Positions 24,434 through 37,396 of a DNA stretch of 64,000 nucleotides are shown here, piece after piece. The notes under the pieces were generated by a model. It had not been told where the DNA came from. It searched no databases and saw only the letters and a program-made list of their open reading frames with translations. This stretch comes from Octopus vulgaris (lineage: Eukaryota), in the NCBI GenBank assembly GCA_951406725.2, contig OX597816.1, forward strand, positions 60,140,001 through 60,204,000, read 5' to 3'. Positions within the stretch are counted from its first letter, which is position 1. The number at the start of each line of letters is the position of its first letter. Made by a program: the position numbers and the translations under genes.

Positions 24434-25687
24434 TTAATGTAGTTCTCAGGGAGATTCAGCATGACACAGAATGTGACAAGGCCGGCCCTTTGAATCGTAG
24501 GTACAGCTCAGTTTTGTCAGCTGAGTGGACTGGAGTAATATCAAATAAAGCGTTTTGTTTAAGGACACAACACGTCACTGGGAATCGAACACATGACCTT
24601 AAGATCGTGAGCTGAATACCCTAACCATTAAACCACATGCCTTCTCTGATACACTGTCCAGATAAAAAAAACTGGATGGTCATGACTGGAACAACTTTGA
24701 TCATAGGTCTTCTTGATCAGGGTTCAACTGGGGTTTAACAATAATAACACTGGTGATGGTAATACTGCCACCATTGCCACTGCCTTCATCACCAACTTCT
24801 GTATCTCACTGGGACTTTTTTTTTTTGATCTTGAAGGAATGAAAAGTGAAGCTGAACACAGCAGGATTTGAATTCAGAATGTAAAGAACTTGAACAAATA
24901 ATGTAAGGCCTTTTGTTTGACACTTTAATGAGTCAGCTTATCTGCCAACCTCCTAATAACTCTTTCTGATTTAGGCACAAAGCTTAAATTTGGTAGAGGG
25001 AGCTAGTCAATTAAATGAACCCCAGTATTTGACTGATACATTATTTATCAACTCCCAAAAGGATTGAAGGCAAAGTTGACTTTGGAGGGATTTGAACTCA
25101 GGATATAAAGAACTGGAAGAAATGCCATTGAACATTTTGTCCAACGCTAACCATTCTACCAGCTTGCCACCTTCTAATAATAACAACAATAATGTTTTAT
25201 AACTTAATCTCAAAGGGAAGTGAATAAATGATATTGGTAAAAAAGCCAAACTAGGTATTTTCATTTTGGTTTTCATGCATTTCCTCATTAATGATGGGTA
25301 ATGATTGTATAAGTGTGGTCAGGAACACAAAGTGGCAGAAATGGTTCATCTGAAGGATTTCTGGGGTGATGTTATTTGACAGGGTGTTTTACTCTTCAGG
25401 TTGAGTTACGACCTCTCAGCATTGAGAGGTCACAGCTCTGGTAATAAGAAGATGGGATCCTCAAATTAAGAGCATGGGATCCCGTGTTTGTGGATCACTC
25501 TGTCAAATGTAATGCATATTTATTCACATTGTTTTGTATTAATCATGCTTCATCTTGTAGCTATGAGATTTTAATGATGTGATTATTTATTTTTAGGATA
25601 ACATTGTAGGGTAAGTGTGAGAAGTCAGGTCAGGCCAGTTTGAATATAAAATCAGTAGAATATTTGGGTCGGATATCATCAGTTTAT

Positions 25688-26104
25688 AGGCGTAGGAGTG
25701 GCAGTGTGGTAAGTAGCTTGCTTACCAATCACATGGTTCCGAGTTCAGTCCCACTGTGTAGCACCTTGGGCAAGTGTCCTCTACTATAGCCTAGAACCAA
25801 CCAAAGCCTTGTGAGTGGATTTGGTAGACAGAAACTGAAAGAAGCCCATCATATATATGTATGTGTGTGTGTGTACGTGCGTGCATGTGTGTGTATATGT
25901 TTGTGTGTCTGTGTTTGTCCCTCCAACATCGCTTGACAACCGATGCCTGTGTGCTTACGTCCCTGTAACTTAGCGGTTCGGCAAAAAAAGACCGATAGAA
26001 TAAGTACTAGGCTTATAAAGAATAAGTCCTGGGGTCTATTTTTTTACTAAAAGGTGGTGCTCCAGCATGGCCACAGTCAAATGACTGAAACGAGTAAAAG
26101 AGTA
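25688..26104 (+). mobile_element. SINE A nested in a family 2 TTAA MITE
   Basis: Full SINE A. The MITE body is at 25495-25687 and its terminus TAAATGCTAAAGGATTAA resumes at 26103-26120. Confidence 0.88.
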
Positions 26105-26809
26105 AATGCTAAAGGATTAAATTTTTGACTTAACTGATTCTACCACTCACTGCCTTTCTTAAACAATTACATGTTCAAAGGCTTACTGAGCATTGAGTAA
26201 TATGCACAGCTTGCTGTTTTCTAATTGGGTGTTGACAAATTAAGAACTGCTCATGTTTTCACAACAAAAATAAATCCTGCCTGTTAAACATGGTGGGTTG
26301 GAAAGAGATCATGTTGCAAGTGAAATTTTATCATCATCATTATCGCTGCCACCGCCACCATTGTGAGGAACCATTAGAAGCGGGGACTTTTGATGACTCC
26401 CATACATAATATGGTTTAACTATTAAGCTCTAATCCATATGGTAATATGTTATATATATTGAACTCTGTTATGTGTGGGGGTTATCAAAAGACCCCACTT
26501 ATTTCCTTTAGTCTTGTCAAAGACATGACAATCTCTCTAGGGCCGATGCCATGAAAATCTGCGTTCAGTTCACTCTCTGAAGTAGTTGGTGTTATGATAT
26601 AAGAAGGCATTCATCTGCAAAAACCAAACCAAAAACGAAACACTCTGAGTGGTATGTGGTCCTCTACATATCACTCATCAATCCCATGTCAGCAACACAT
26701 CGAACACATCGCAGCAACACATCGAACATATGTCAGCATATAAAGCAGATGTAAAATGATGATGAAGATTGTGATGATGATGATGATGACAGCGACAATA
26801 ATGACTAAC

Positions 26810-27041
26810 TGAACTTGAAAAGTGAGGTATGGATATTCAGTGAAAGTACGGAATATTCGAAATTGTAGGTGAACTTGAGAGGCAGTTCTTTCATCCGCAT
26901 CAAATTTATTACGCTCATACATCTTTTGTAATAAATGTCGGATGTAGTTGGCCACAATATTTGCTTGATCAAACTTACTGATTGCAGCTTAATTAAATTA
27001 GCCAGGTAAAAAGATTCTGATCCAAAGAGATTCAAAGTCGT
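26810..27041 (-). other. Candidate exon of an unidentified gene
   Basis: Polypyrimidine tract, CCTAAC branch-like motif and TTTTGCTCAG acceptor. Donors GTAAGT (after 26979) or GTTAGT (after 26810). CpGs fall mostly in CGA/CGT codons of one frame. No homology recognised. Confidence 0.3.
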
Positions 27042-27191
27042 CTGAGCAAAAGTTAGGTAAATATAGTTCAATGGAATAAATAGAAGAAAAGAGAATTCTG
27101 ACATTTTAAGTAGAGCTCCTCTCCAATATGAAATTTATTCTATTTTGTGAAATTTAGCAAAATAATTGACGCATAGAATTTAAATGGTCCA

Positions 27192-27428
27192 AGGGCGACG
27201 AGCTGGCAGAAACATTAGCACACCGGGCGAAATGCTTAGCGGTATTTCGTCTGCCGCTACGTTCTGAGTTCAAATTCCGCTGAGGTCGACTTTGCCTTTC
27301 ATCCTTTCGGGGTCAATTAACTAAGTACCAGTTACGCACTGGGGTCAATGTAATTGACTTAATCCGTTTGTCTGTCCATGTTTGTCCCCTCTGTGTGTAG
27401 CCCCTTGTGGGCAGTAAAGAAATAAGAA
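27192..27428 (+). mobile_element. SINE B1, full length
   Basis: Complete head, core and tail. Confidence 0.9.
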
Positions 27429-27814
27429 TTTAAATGTTCCTCATGGAAGTGAAGGACAAAGTGGGTAAGCATGACCTTTGACTGTGGGGTATTGTGGAGG
27501 CAATGGCAAGTGACTGAGACCTGTAAAGCTAAGTGAAAGCATAGCTGTGACCATTGCCAGTATCATGTAAATGGCACATGTGGAATCTTATTCATGGCTG
27601 TTACTGGTGTCGTGTAAATGGTGCCCATGCTTATGGCACATAAAAAGCCCCCATTACACTTTCGGAGTGGTTGATGTTAAGAAGGACACCCAACCATAGA
27701 AACCATGCCGAAACAGACTTGAACCTGGGGCAGCTCTCCAGCTTACCGGGTCCAGTGTCAAACCATCTAAACCATACCAGCATGGAAAGAAGATGTTAAA
27801 TGACGATGATGAGC

Positions 27815-28277
27815 AAGAAATTGTGAACGAAAAGAGTTGTAGTAAAGTTTGTGCCTCGTTTGCTTATGAAAAATCAAAAGCTATCACAACTGAATGTGTG
27901 TCATGAACTGAAAGAACAGTTGGAAGTTGATCCGAACATTTTTTCAAAGGTCATCACTGATGATGAAAGCCGGTGTCATGGTTACGACCCTGAAATAAAG
28001 CAGCTGTCAAGTCAATGGAAGTATTCAATATCACTATGCCCCAAAAAAGCATGTCAAGTGAAGTCCAATGTCAAGACGACGCTGGTTTGTTTCATTGATG
28101 CAAAAGTAAGTATCAATTCACGAGAGTTCCAGAACTTTGTTGAAGGACAGGAAACACATCTGGACTGATGCAGTGCTTCAAATGAAGAATACTTTGAAGG
28201 TAATAAAAATGTAAACATGAAAAACTAAGTGAATAAAATTATATTGCAAAATTCTGGTTTCTTTTGGGTATCCCCTC
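27815..28277 (+). pseudogene. mariner transposase fragment (second family) with right end
   Basis: KFVPRLL...KVITDDESRCHGYDPEIKQLSSQWK...PKKACQVKSNVKT corresponds to the WVPxxL and TGDE(S/T)W motifs. Internally deleted and ending in TTTGGGTATCCCCTC. Confidence 0.85.
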
Positions 28278-29179
28278 CCATGGTGGGCTTCTTTGAGTTT
28301 CTGACTACCAACTTCACTCACAAGACTTTGGATAGTCTGGGACAAGAGTAGAAGAAACTCCCCCAAGGTGCAAAACAGGAGGACAGAACTTGAAACCATG
28401 AGGTTGGGAAACAAACTTCTCAACTGCTCAGCCAAGCCTGAACCTATCATAAAAAAACCCAAAAAACAAAAATCCCTAGACAGTTTGGTTGTAGAAATAA
28501 TGAGACAACTGGGCAATGAACATAAATTATCCACACACTAATACCTCAATAGACTGTTTTCAGCCAATTGGAACCTATTTTTGTTTTTCATTTCAGCTTT
28601 AGCAAACACATCATTTATTTCATTGTATTATTTGAGAAAACTATGACAATATGGTTAAAACAAAACCCAAAAACCCCCCAAAACAAAACAAAAAAATACT
28701 GGTCTTATGTTAAAAAGCAATATGGGGAAAAGAAAGCAAAAAATGCTGGTTATATTTTCGAAAATTTCATTGTTCATGGTTTATAAATTTTTCTGTTGAA
28801 AGAAAAGGAGTTATTTAATGGATGGTGTGTAGGTGATATACGTTGTGGTAGTGGTGGTAGCAACTAATAGACTGAACAACTATAATATTCAGTCAACATA
28901 ATTAACTGACATTTGAGCTAGTCATTTGCCCAACCTGAAGTTATAGCAACTATTTGGTATGCTGGTAGATAGAGTTGCCTTGGTAACTGGTTGATATTTA
29001 AACTATCATCCACTTGAGGTGTGGCCAAGGCTGAGTAGATAAAGTGTGGTCCTTCTCAGCCAAAGAGCTGTGAGTCACTGGCGCTGTGCAGCACTAGACA
29101 TCTTATGACCTCAGTAGTGTTGTGCTGTGCAATGTACAACACAGTGAACATCCCCTGATCTTATTTATTTACAAACTGA

Positions 29180-29620
29180 TTTAAGTAGGTAGTGTTGGTT
29201 GTGGCTAACTGTAATGATATAGTAAGGACTATAGTAGTGAAATAGTAGCTGTAGTGATGGTGTGGTGGCAGTACTAGTAACTGCAGCGATAATGTAGGGT
29301 TGTCGTGATGGCTGTGGTACTGACTGTGGTGTAACTGTAATAATATGGTCGGGGCTGGTTGCAATGATATGGTGATGGTTGCTGAAATGTTGTGGTTTTT
29401 GCAGTGGTAGGATGGTAGCCTATAACAGTGTGGTGGTGATTTTACAGGTGTTACTGTGATTGGTTGTGATGTAGCATGGCAGTGGCTGCATTGATGTAGT
29501 GGTGACCACAGCAATGTGCAGGTAACTGTATTGCAACGTAGTGATGTGGGAGTGACTGTGGTGGTATAGTAATGTCTGAAGTGGTATAATGGTCGATGAT
29601 TGTAGTTGAAAAATGGCTGA
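29180..29620. repeat. Degenerate G/T-rich low-complexity tract
   Basis: Recurrent CTG(T/C)AATGAT-like and GTAGTG/GTGGT words with strong strand asymmetry. Confidence 0.6.
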
Positions 29621-29629
29621 CATATGATA

Positions 29630-31430
29630 ATAATATTGGTCTTAAACTTTGGCACAAGGCCAGAAATTTAGGGGAGGGGGCCTAGTCAATTACATTGATC
29701 TCAGGATTCAGCTGGTATTCTGGCAGAAACGTTAGCACGCCGGGGGAAATGCTAAGCGGTATTTCGTCTGCTGTTATGTTCTGAGTTCAAATCCCGCCGA
29801 GGTCGACTTTGCCTTTCATCCTTTCGGGGTCGATAAATAAAGTATCAGTTACACACTGGGGTCGATGTAATCGACTTAATACCTTTATCTGTCCTTGTTT
29901 GTCCCCTCTGTGTGTAGCCCCTTGTGGGTAGCGAAGAAATAAGAAAGGATAAAAGGCAAAGTTGACCCTGGCAACATTTGAATTAAAAAATGTAAAGATG
30001 AATAAAACATTGTTAAGCATTTTGTCTGGCATATTAATGATTAATGATTCCGCCAGCTCACTGCCTTGGTATATGATATTGATTTCAGATTTTGGTACAA
30101 GGCCAGCAATTTCAGGGGATGGAATAAATTGATTACATTGACTCTAGTGCTCAATTGGTACAACCAGTGTCGGATCGTTACCAGCGTCGCCTTACTGGCA
30201 CTTGTGCCGGTGGCATGTGAAAAAACATTTGAGCGAGGTCATTGCCAGTGCCACTGGACTGGCTCCTGTGCAGGTGGCACATAAAGAACACCATTTGAGC
30301 GTGGCCGTTGCCAGTACCGTCTGACTGGCCCTCATGCCAGTTGCACGTAAAAGCACCCACTACACTCTCAGAGTGGTTGGCATTAGGAAGGGCATCCAGC
30401 TGTAGAAACTCTGCCAGATCAAGATTGAAGCCTGGTGCAGCCATCTGGTTTGCCAGTCCTCAGTCAAATCGTCCAACCCATGCTAGCATGGAAAGCAGAC
30501 GTTAAACGATGATGATGATGATTTACTGACCCTGGAAGGATGAAAGGCAAAGTCAGCCTCGGCAGCATTTGAACTCAGAATGTAAAGATGGACGAAATGC
30601 CGCTAAGCATTTTGCCTGGCATGTTAACGATTCTGCCAGCTCACCACCTTTATATATGATAGTAATACTAGAAGCCAACAATCACTGGTGTTGTATGGCA
30701 TATCAACAAAATACTGAAGGTCAGCCAATCCCCTGTTTACTAGACACCAACAGAGTAGGTTAATAACATCAAATGGTAGTAGGTGCATGGCCCAGTGGTT
30801 AAGGTGTTAAATCAAAAAGATTTTGCTGCTAAAATTTATATGCAAGAAATTGCTTATATGAGGTAGTATCAAAAAGTTCCCAGATTAGTTCTGTAGTGCA
30901 CCAACAGATGACGGCACATGGTTACATGCACAGTGAGAGCTAGCAGTGACCTTCATGGGGCAGTGTGCTGAGTGACATCTCTGTGTTTACTCCTTTACAT
31001 TCGGAGTTCAAATTCTGCCAGGGTTGACTTTGCCATTCGTCTCTTTTAGGGTCAATAAAACAAGTACTAATTGAACTCTGGGGTCGATGTAATTGACTTA
31101 ACCCTTTCCCTGAAATTGCTGGCCTTGTGCCAAAATTTGAAATAATAATAATAATAAAATTAATTCTTCTTCTTCTTATTATTATTATTATTATTAAAGC
31201 AATGAGCTGGCTGAATTGTTAGCATGCTGGTAAAAATGCTTAGTGTCATTTCATGTCATTAGTTCTGAGTTCAAATATCATTGAGGTCAAATTTGCCTTT
31301 TATCCTTTTGGGGTCAATAAATAAGTACCAGTTAAGCACTGGGGTTGATGTAATCAACTAGCCCCCTCCCCCAAAATTCCTTGCCTTGTGCCTATATTAG
31401 AAAGGATTTTTATTACTATTTCTATTATTA
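29630..31430. mobile_element. Nested SINE B cluster with an RTE stub and a possible mariner end
   Basis: A plus-strand B1 (29721-29945) sits inside a minus-strand B. The RTE stub (30165-30522) sits inside a second minus-strand B. GAGGTAGTATCAAAAAGTTCCC at 30860 is TIR-like. Plus-strand B copies at 30995-31430. Confidence 0.75.
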
Positions 31431-32855
31431 AAAATGAACTCATTGTACAAACCATTGAGAACATTACCCAGTGTTCATCTCTTCTATTAGCATTTCTTAC
31501 TTAAGCTGACTGACCAGTCTGACAAATATTTGTTGTTGCAACACAGTGAAACTGTTCAAACTTTACTGACCAGATTCATAACAACAATAGACCACTTGTG
31601 TGATTTTATTAAATTTCAAGGTATTTAAGCTTATTAAATACAGCTATTTATTGACAGTTGTTGTTCAGTTCAAATGGGGCAGGCCAATAATCTTTTTGTA
31701 AACGATAGACTGTGTTATCGAATGTGCCCTTTCTTAAGATGGTAGGGTGACTTGAGGGGCATTTGGCTACTATTTCTAGCAGATTGAATGACCACAACCA
31801 TGTAAAGTGTTCTTTATTTAGTGGTATATTAAGCTTGTGCTTAATTATGCCATAATAAGAATTTGTTCAATATTTTGACTATCCTACAGACCTCTATCAT
31901 TTTGAGGTCAAACCCTACATTTCTGTAATCCTGAACAACATAAATAACTGTCTGCTTTAGTTTGTCAGTATTGGTGAAACAGGCTTCATTCCTACTTCAA
32001 ATATGAAGTAGTTAATATCGATTTTGAAATTTTGGCATAAGGTCAGCGATTTTTGGAGAGGGGACAAGTCAATGACATAAGCCCTAGTGTTTAACTGGTA
32101 CTTATTTAATCAACCCCAAAAGGGATAAAAGGCAAAGCTGACCTCAGAAGAATTTGAACTCAGAACATAAAGACAGACAAAATGCCACTAAGCTTTTTTC
32201 CTGACATGCTAACAAGTCTGCTGGCTTGCCACCTTTGAAATAATTTATATTAAGAAGTTAAAATCCTATTGAGGTCAGTTTTATAATTCTTTCTTTTGAG
32301 GTTAATAAAATAAGTACCGGTTAAGTATGGCAGTTGACTATGCCAAAAATACATGACCTAGTAGAAACTGTTTGAAATGAACACCAGGAAGGGGCATCCA
32401 TCCAATAGTAAATCAATAACTCTGGCAGAAAGCATCCCACCTATTAAAAATGGGAGGAATGAATGTAAAATAGCTGGATGAACACTATACAGCAAAAAAT
32501 CAAACTCACTCCCCCAATGAATTCAATAATTAATTTTAATTAATTAACATTTTGGGTTTGTCTTCCCTGTTTATTGTAGCTAGAATTCATTATTTAGAAA
32601 ATGATTACTCCCGTTACTAAAGAGTGTGGTAATAATCAATTAAAGTTCCTTGGCTCATTAAATCAAGCATGCTGGCATCCACCTTAAACATTAATACAGG
32701 TGAATTTGGTACAGAAATGAAATATCAATGCAATTCATTCTCAAAAACTTTTGGACATGGACTAAAGAAAGCAAGATATTCTTTGCTCACCAACAGTATC
32801 TAGTACAATAAAAGAATTATGGGATATACAGTGTGTTGAGAAAACTAGTTGAGAA

Positions 32856-33265
32856 TAACCATCTTATTAACAATAACTCTGAGCACCTTTTCAAACTCCA
32901 TCTGTCTAATACCCATGGACATGTTTACAAAGTCAGAAAACAGCACAGCTCCTTTGACTTTCGGAAACATTCTTTCACGCTAAGAGTTGCTGAAGTATGG
33001 AACAAACTGCCGGCATCAGTTGTTAGTTGTTAAAGCACTGCATCCTTGAAAACTTCCATGCTTCTTGAGATTTGCCAACACTACACCTGATTTTCTCCCT
33101 TCCATACACACGCAAGCATGTATCTGACTCATACACTGTTCACTTTTCAGACATTTGTACATTACTGCATATGCTTTATATGCACTTTTGACAAGTTGTG
33201 GTGCACCTGAGCACTGTATACAATAATTTCATCATTGTCATCATCATCATCATCATTATTATTAT
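32856..33265 (+). pseudogene. CR1 LINE 3' end, second copy
   Basis: NTHGHVYKVRKQHSSFDFRKHSFTLRVAEVWNKLPASVV. The 3' UTR is homologous to 12300-12455. Confidence 0.85.
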
Positions 33266-34779
33266 TGTTGTTATACAACATTTCTGACATGTGCGAGCAA
33301 TGAGATGTTAATGCAATATCATTATTGTGAGTGTTTTACATCAGTTTTTTCTGAGATGATTTTTCTAGAGTAGGGGTTTATGACTAGATGTCCTTCTTGT
33401 CATCAGCCCTTTTAGTTACCTCTAATGATGCACTGGGAATGTGTTATACAGCAAAATATTTGAGTGGATAGAGTGAGGGATCAATTTTATCATTATGAAT
33501 ATCTTGAGAGTCAAATCTACAGCATGCATTTATCTGAATGCCTATTTTGTAGCAGTCCACTTAATTCTGTGCAGATCAGTTCATTTAGCTATGGATAATA
33601 GGGACCAGTCCCTCTGGGAATGCTACCTGAGATAAAACTGGTGTTTTGTGCGATCTAATGATAAACCTATTTTTCATGTATTTATGTCATTAAATTTCAC
33701 AATAGAACAATAGTGTTGTTGATAAAAGATTTCCAAAGGTCATTCTCTAGTTCACAAAATTTCTGACAGTAAGAGTGACAGGGAAGTTTTCTGCAGTTCA
33801 ATCCAGAACAAATATTTCAAGGGAATTCATTCTTAAAGCACCATATTCTTTATTACTTTTATTATTATTTTCTATTACTTATATTATTCTTTTACTTGTT
33901 TCAGTCACTTGACTGTGGCCATGCTCGAGCACTGCCTTTTTTTTTTACATCTCTGTAACTTAGCAGTTCAGCAAAAAACAGAATGATATGATTTGTACCA
34001 AATTTAAGAAATAATTACTAGGGCTGATTTGTCTGATTAAAACCTTCAAGACAGTGCCCCAGCATGGCCACAGTCCAATGAGTGAAGCAAGTATAAGGTA
34101 GAAGATACATATATGTGTGTGGGTGTGTGTATGTGCCTCTGTGCATTTATGAGTATGTGTATGTTTGTGATTCCTTGTCTTGACACGGGCGAGACAGCTG
34201 CAAGCGAGCAGCACCATTTACTAGCTATACCATTCGTTTCCATGAAAAACATATCTGGTCAATGCGAAATATTACCTTACTTGGAAACAAGGCTATGACT
34301 GACTACAGGAAGGGGGGAGGGGGTATCCAGTCATAGAAATTTCTCTTCTTAATGAAATTTTGTCGAACCCATACAAGAATGGAAAAGTGGACACTAAAAC
34401 GATGACACAACGATGATGATCATAATGACAATGACGGCAGCCATAACAACGATGATGATGATGAAGATGAGGATAACAACAACAACAATGACGATGATGA
34501 CGGTGATGATGGTGGTGATGATGATGATGATGATGATGGCGGTGATGATGATGATATGGTAAATAGTTTCCTGAATATCAAAGATATTGCCCCAACCAAA
34601 CTATAGACAGCTACTTAGCTGTAACAATTAATTGGTTGCAGAGTATCAAATATGCTGGTTACTATGGCATCTGGTTGGTTGTTTATGGTTTGTCTAATCT
34701 ATTGCCTATATAAAGTTCCCAAAGTAATGTTTACAATACCAATTGCCCGGAGGCTTATACTTTAGAAAGCACATGTGAT

Positions 34780-35470
34780 TGTATATGCGTGTGTGGGTGT
34801 ATACATGTACATGTGTGTGTGTGGGTTGGTGTATACATGTATGTGTGTGTGCATGTGTGTGCGTGTGTGTGTGCATGTGTGTAAAAAAAAGAGGGAAGAG
34901 ATGCGATAAAGATGTGATAGAGAAGAGGGGTGGCAAACATGTGAATATATGTATGTGTCGAGGATATGTGGATAATAAGATGTGTGTGTATGTATATGTG
35001 TATGGTTGATGAAGCAAGTTTATATGAGTAGGTGGTGTTTCTGCATTTATAGTAGAGGTATAGAATGATGTGAGAGCCTGAGAGTGGTTCATACATCTGT
35101 GTGTGTGTGTGGGGGGGTGTATGTAGGTGTTGTGCATGGGGCTAATAATGTGTGTATGGGCATATCACAAAATATGTATGTGTACTGTTATATATATATA
35201 TATATATATATATATTTACACACACACACACACACACACACATACACACACCTACATACGTAGAGACATGTAGATGTGTGTATGAATGAGGAAGTGAGGG
35301 TGTAAGACTGGCACGTGCATGTGTGTGTGTATGTACATGCTTTTGCCTTTTTTACACTAAGTATACGTATATAAACAACATGGTATATGTTTACTTAAAA
35401 GAAAAAGAAAGAATTTAAACAAACATGCTTTGTTATGTATACTTAGAGTGGTACAGCATTGTATGTATGA

Positions 35471-35501
<31 letters not shown>

Positions 35502-35678
35502 CACACATACATACACACATACATATATACACGTGTATGTATATGTTTATATGCATTTATACATACACATACATATGTTTGCATGCATTATACGAATATG
35601 TGTGTGTGTTTGCGGTATGTATGGATGTATATGTTTGTATGTATATCCGTATATATATACACACACTCATAAATACAA

Positions 35679-35709
<31 letters not shown>

Positions 35710-36300
35710 GATATGTACATACATATGTACGTACATATTTATATGCATTTATACATAAACATACATATGTTTGTATCCATACACCTGTGTGTGTGTGTGT
35801 ATACACATGCACATATATGATACACATATTTTTATATCATCTGTTATGGAGGGGAGACAGTGCCTACAACCCATCATAGGGCTTCTGAAGCTAGTGGAAA
35901 GGTGGGGATGAAAATATCCTCAAACCAGATACCAGAACTGAATGCATGCAACACTGTAGACTCTGTTAAATGCACTCACACCTTACTTGGGTTGTAGGCA
36001 GCACTTTCATATAGTTTAACATGGGGTGAAGGGTTAAATCTATCACTCAAATATGCCATAAAAGATTTTGAACACAGAACATAAAGAGCTGAAAAAAAAA
36101 CACTGCCAGGCATCTAGTCTCAGCCTCAGTGAATGAAAGATAAATTTAATCTTGGCAAGATTTGAATTCTGAGGTAGTTGTATATATGCATGTGTGTGTG
36201 TGTGTGTGTGTGTGTGTCTGTGTGTGTGTGTCTGTGCCTGTGTGTTTGTGTGTGTGTGTGTGTGCACGTATGTGTGTGTGCATATGTTTGTATGTGTGTA
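34780..36300. repeat. (TG)/(TA)/(CA) microsatellite-rich region
   Basis: Seen directly. Confidence 0.85.
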
Positions 36301-36582
36301 TAATCATTTCTCCTTGTCTAGACACCACATGATAGGTTGTAAATGAGCGTCACTGTCACACAAGCAGTGTCATTCATTTCTGGTTTTCTGTGAAAAGCAT
36401 GTCTGGCTATGGGGAAATCTTACCTTGTTTGGAAACAGGTGAGTGTTGGCACCAAGACATAGAAATCTACCTCAATAAACTCTGCCTGACCCAATCAAGC
36501 TGGATAAGGTGAACATCAAAAGGATGAAGATGAAGTAGAATGAGTTCTCTTTTACTTAAAAGTTGTTGTATGTAGTAATCAC

Positions 36583-36630
<48 letters not shown>

Positions 36631-37396
36631 TTGTGTGTTTGTTTATATTCATTTTACAAATAATGTAACTCAATTATTCGATAAATACAGCTGGATAAAA
36701 TAATGCTTTTTACTATCGGCACAAGGCTTGACATTTCAGAGGAAGAGTCTAATCAATTATGTTCACCCCAGTATTCAACTGGTACTTATTTTATCAACCC
36801 CCAAAAGAATGAAAGGCAAAGATGACTCAACAGAAATTGAACTCAGAACCTAAAGATACTGCTAAGCATTTTGTCCTCTGTACTAATGATTCTTCTAGCT
36901 CACTGCCTTATAACTTGATAAAATAATAACATATTGTAATATATAATGTCAATATAACTGATTTAAAAAGCCTTGATGGCAGTGCTCTAGCATGACCACA
37001 GTCTAATAACTGAAGCCTGTTAAAGAATATATTTTTAAAAAATGGTATTTCATCTGGCACTATCATTTCTACCACAGCCCTGTTCCAACAAGGTCTTATA
37101 ATTAAATTGTAATGACATACAATTAGTGCTTCAGTGACATGTAATTAGTGTTGTAGAGACATAATTAGTAATGCCCGAGAATATAATCAGTACTAAAGAT
37201 GTTAGGAGATGAACAAAGTGGAAAACGTTTGCTAACAAAAGGCTTCTCCCCCTCTTCACATCACCACTCTCTTTTTGTCCTTCCACCCAGATGAACTATT
37301 TACAGTGAGGATTTTTATTGTTGTTTAACCCCGGGATAATCCTGACCAAGCAGACTTATAATCAAAGGTGTTTCAGACAATCAAACATATTTATTA

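Noticed and set aside
26985-27041. In-frame TAA codons upstream of the candidate coding frame, possibly recoded by A-to-I editing
   Set aside because: This would need four edits with no supporting evidence. A 5' UTR or chance explains it more simply.
29161-29655. 164-aa Thr/His-rich, mucin-like ORF
   Set aside because: It derives from a low-complexity G/T tract and begins inside a SINE B tail. No splice or homology support.
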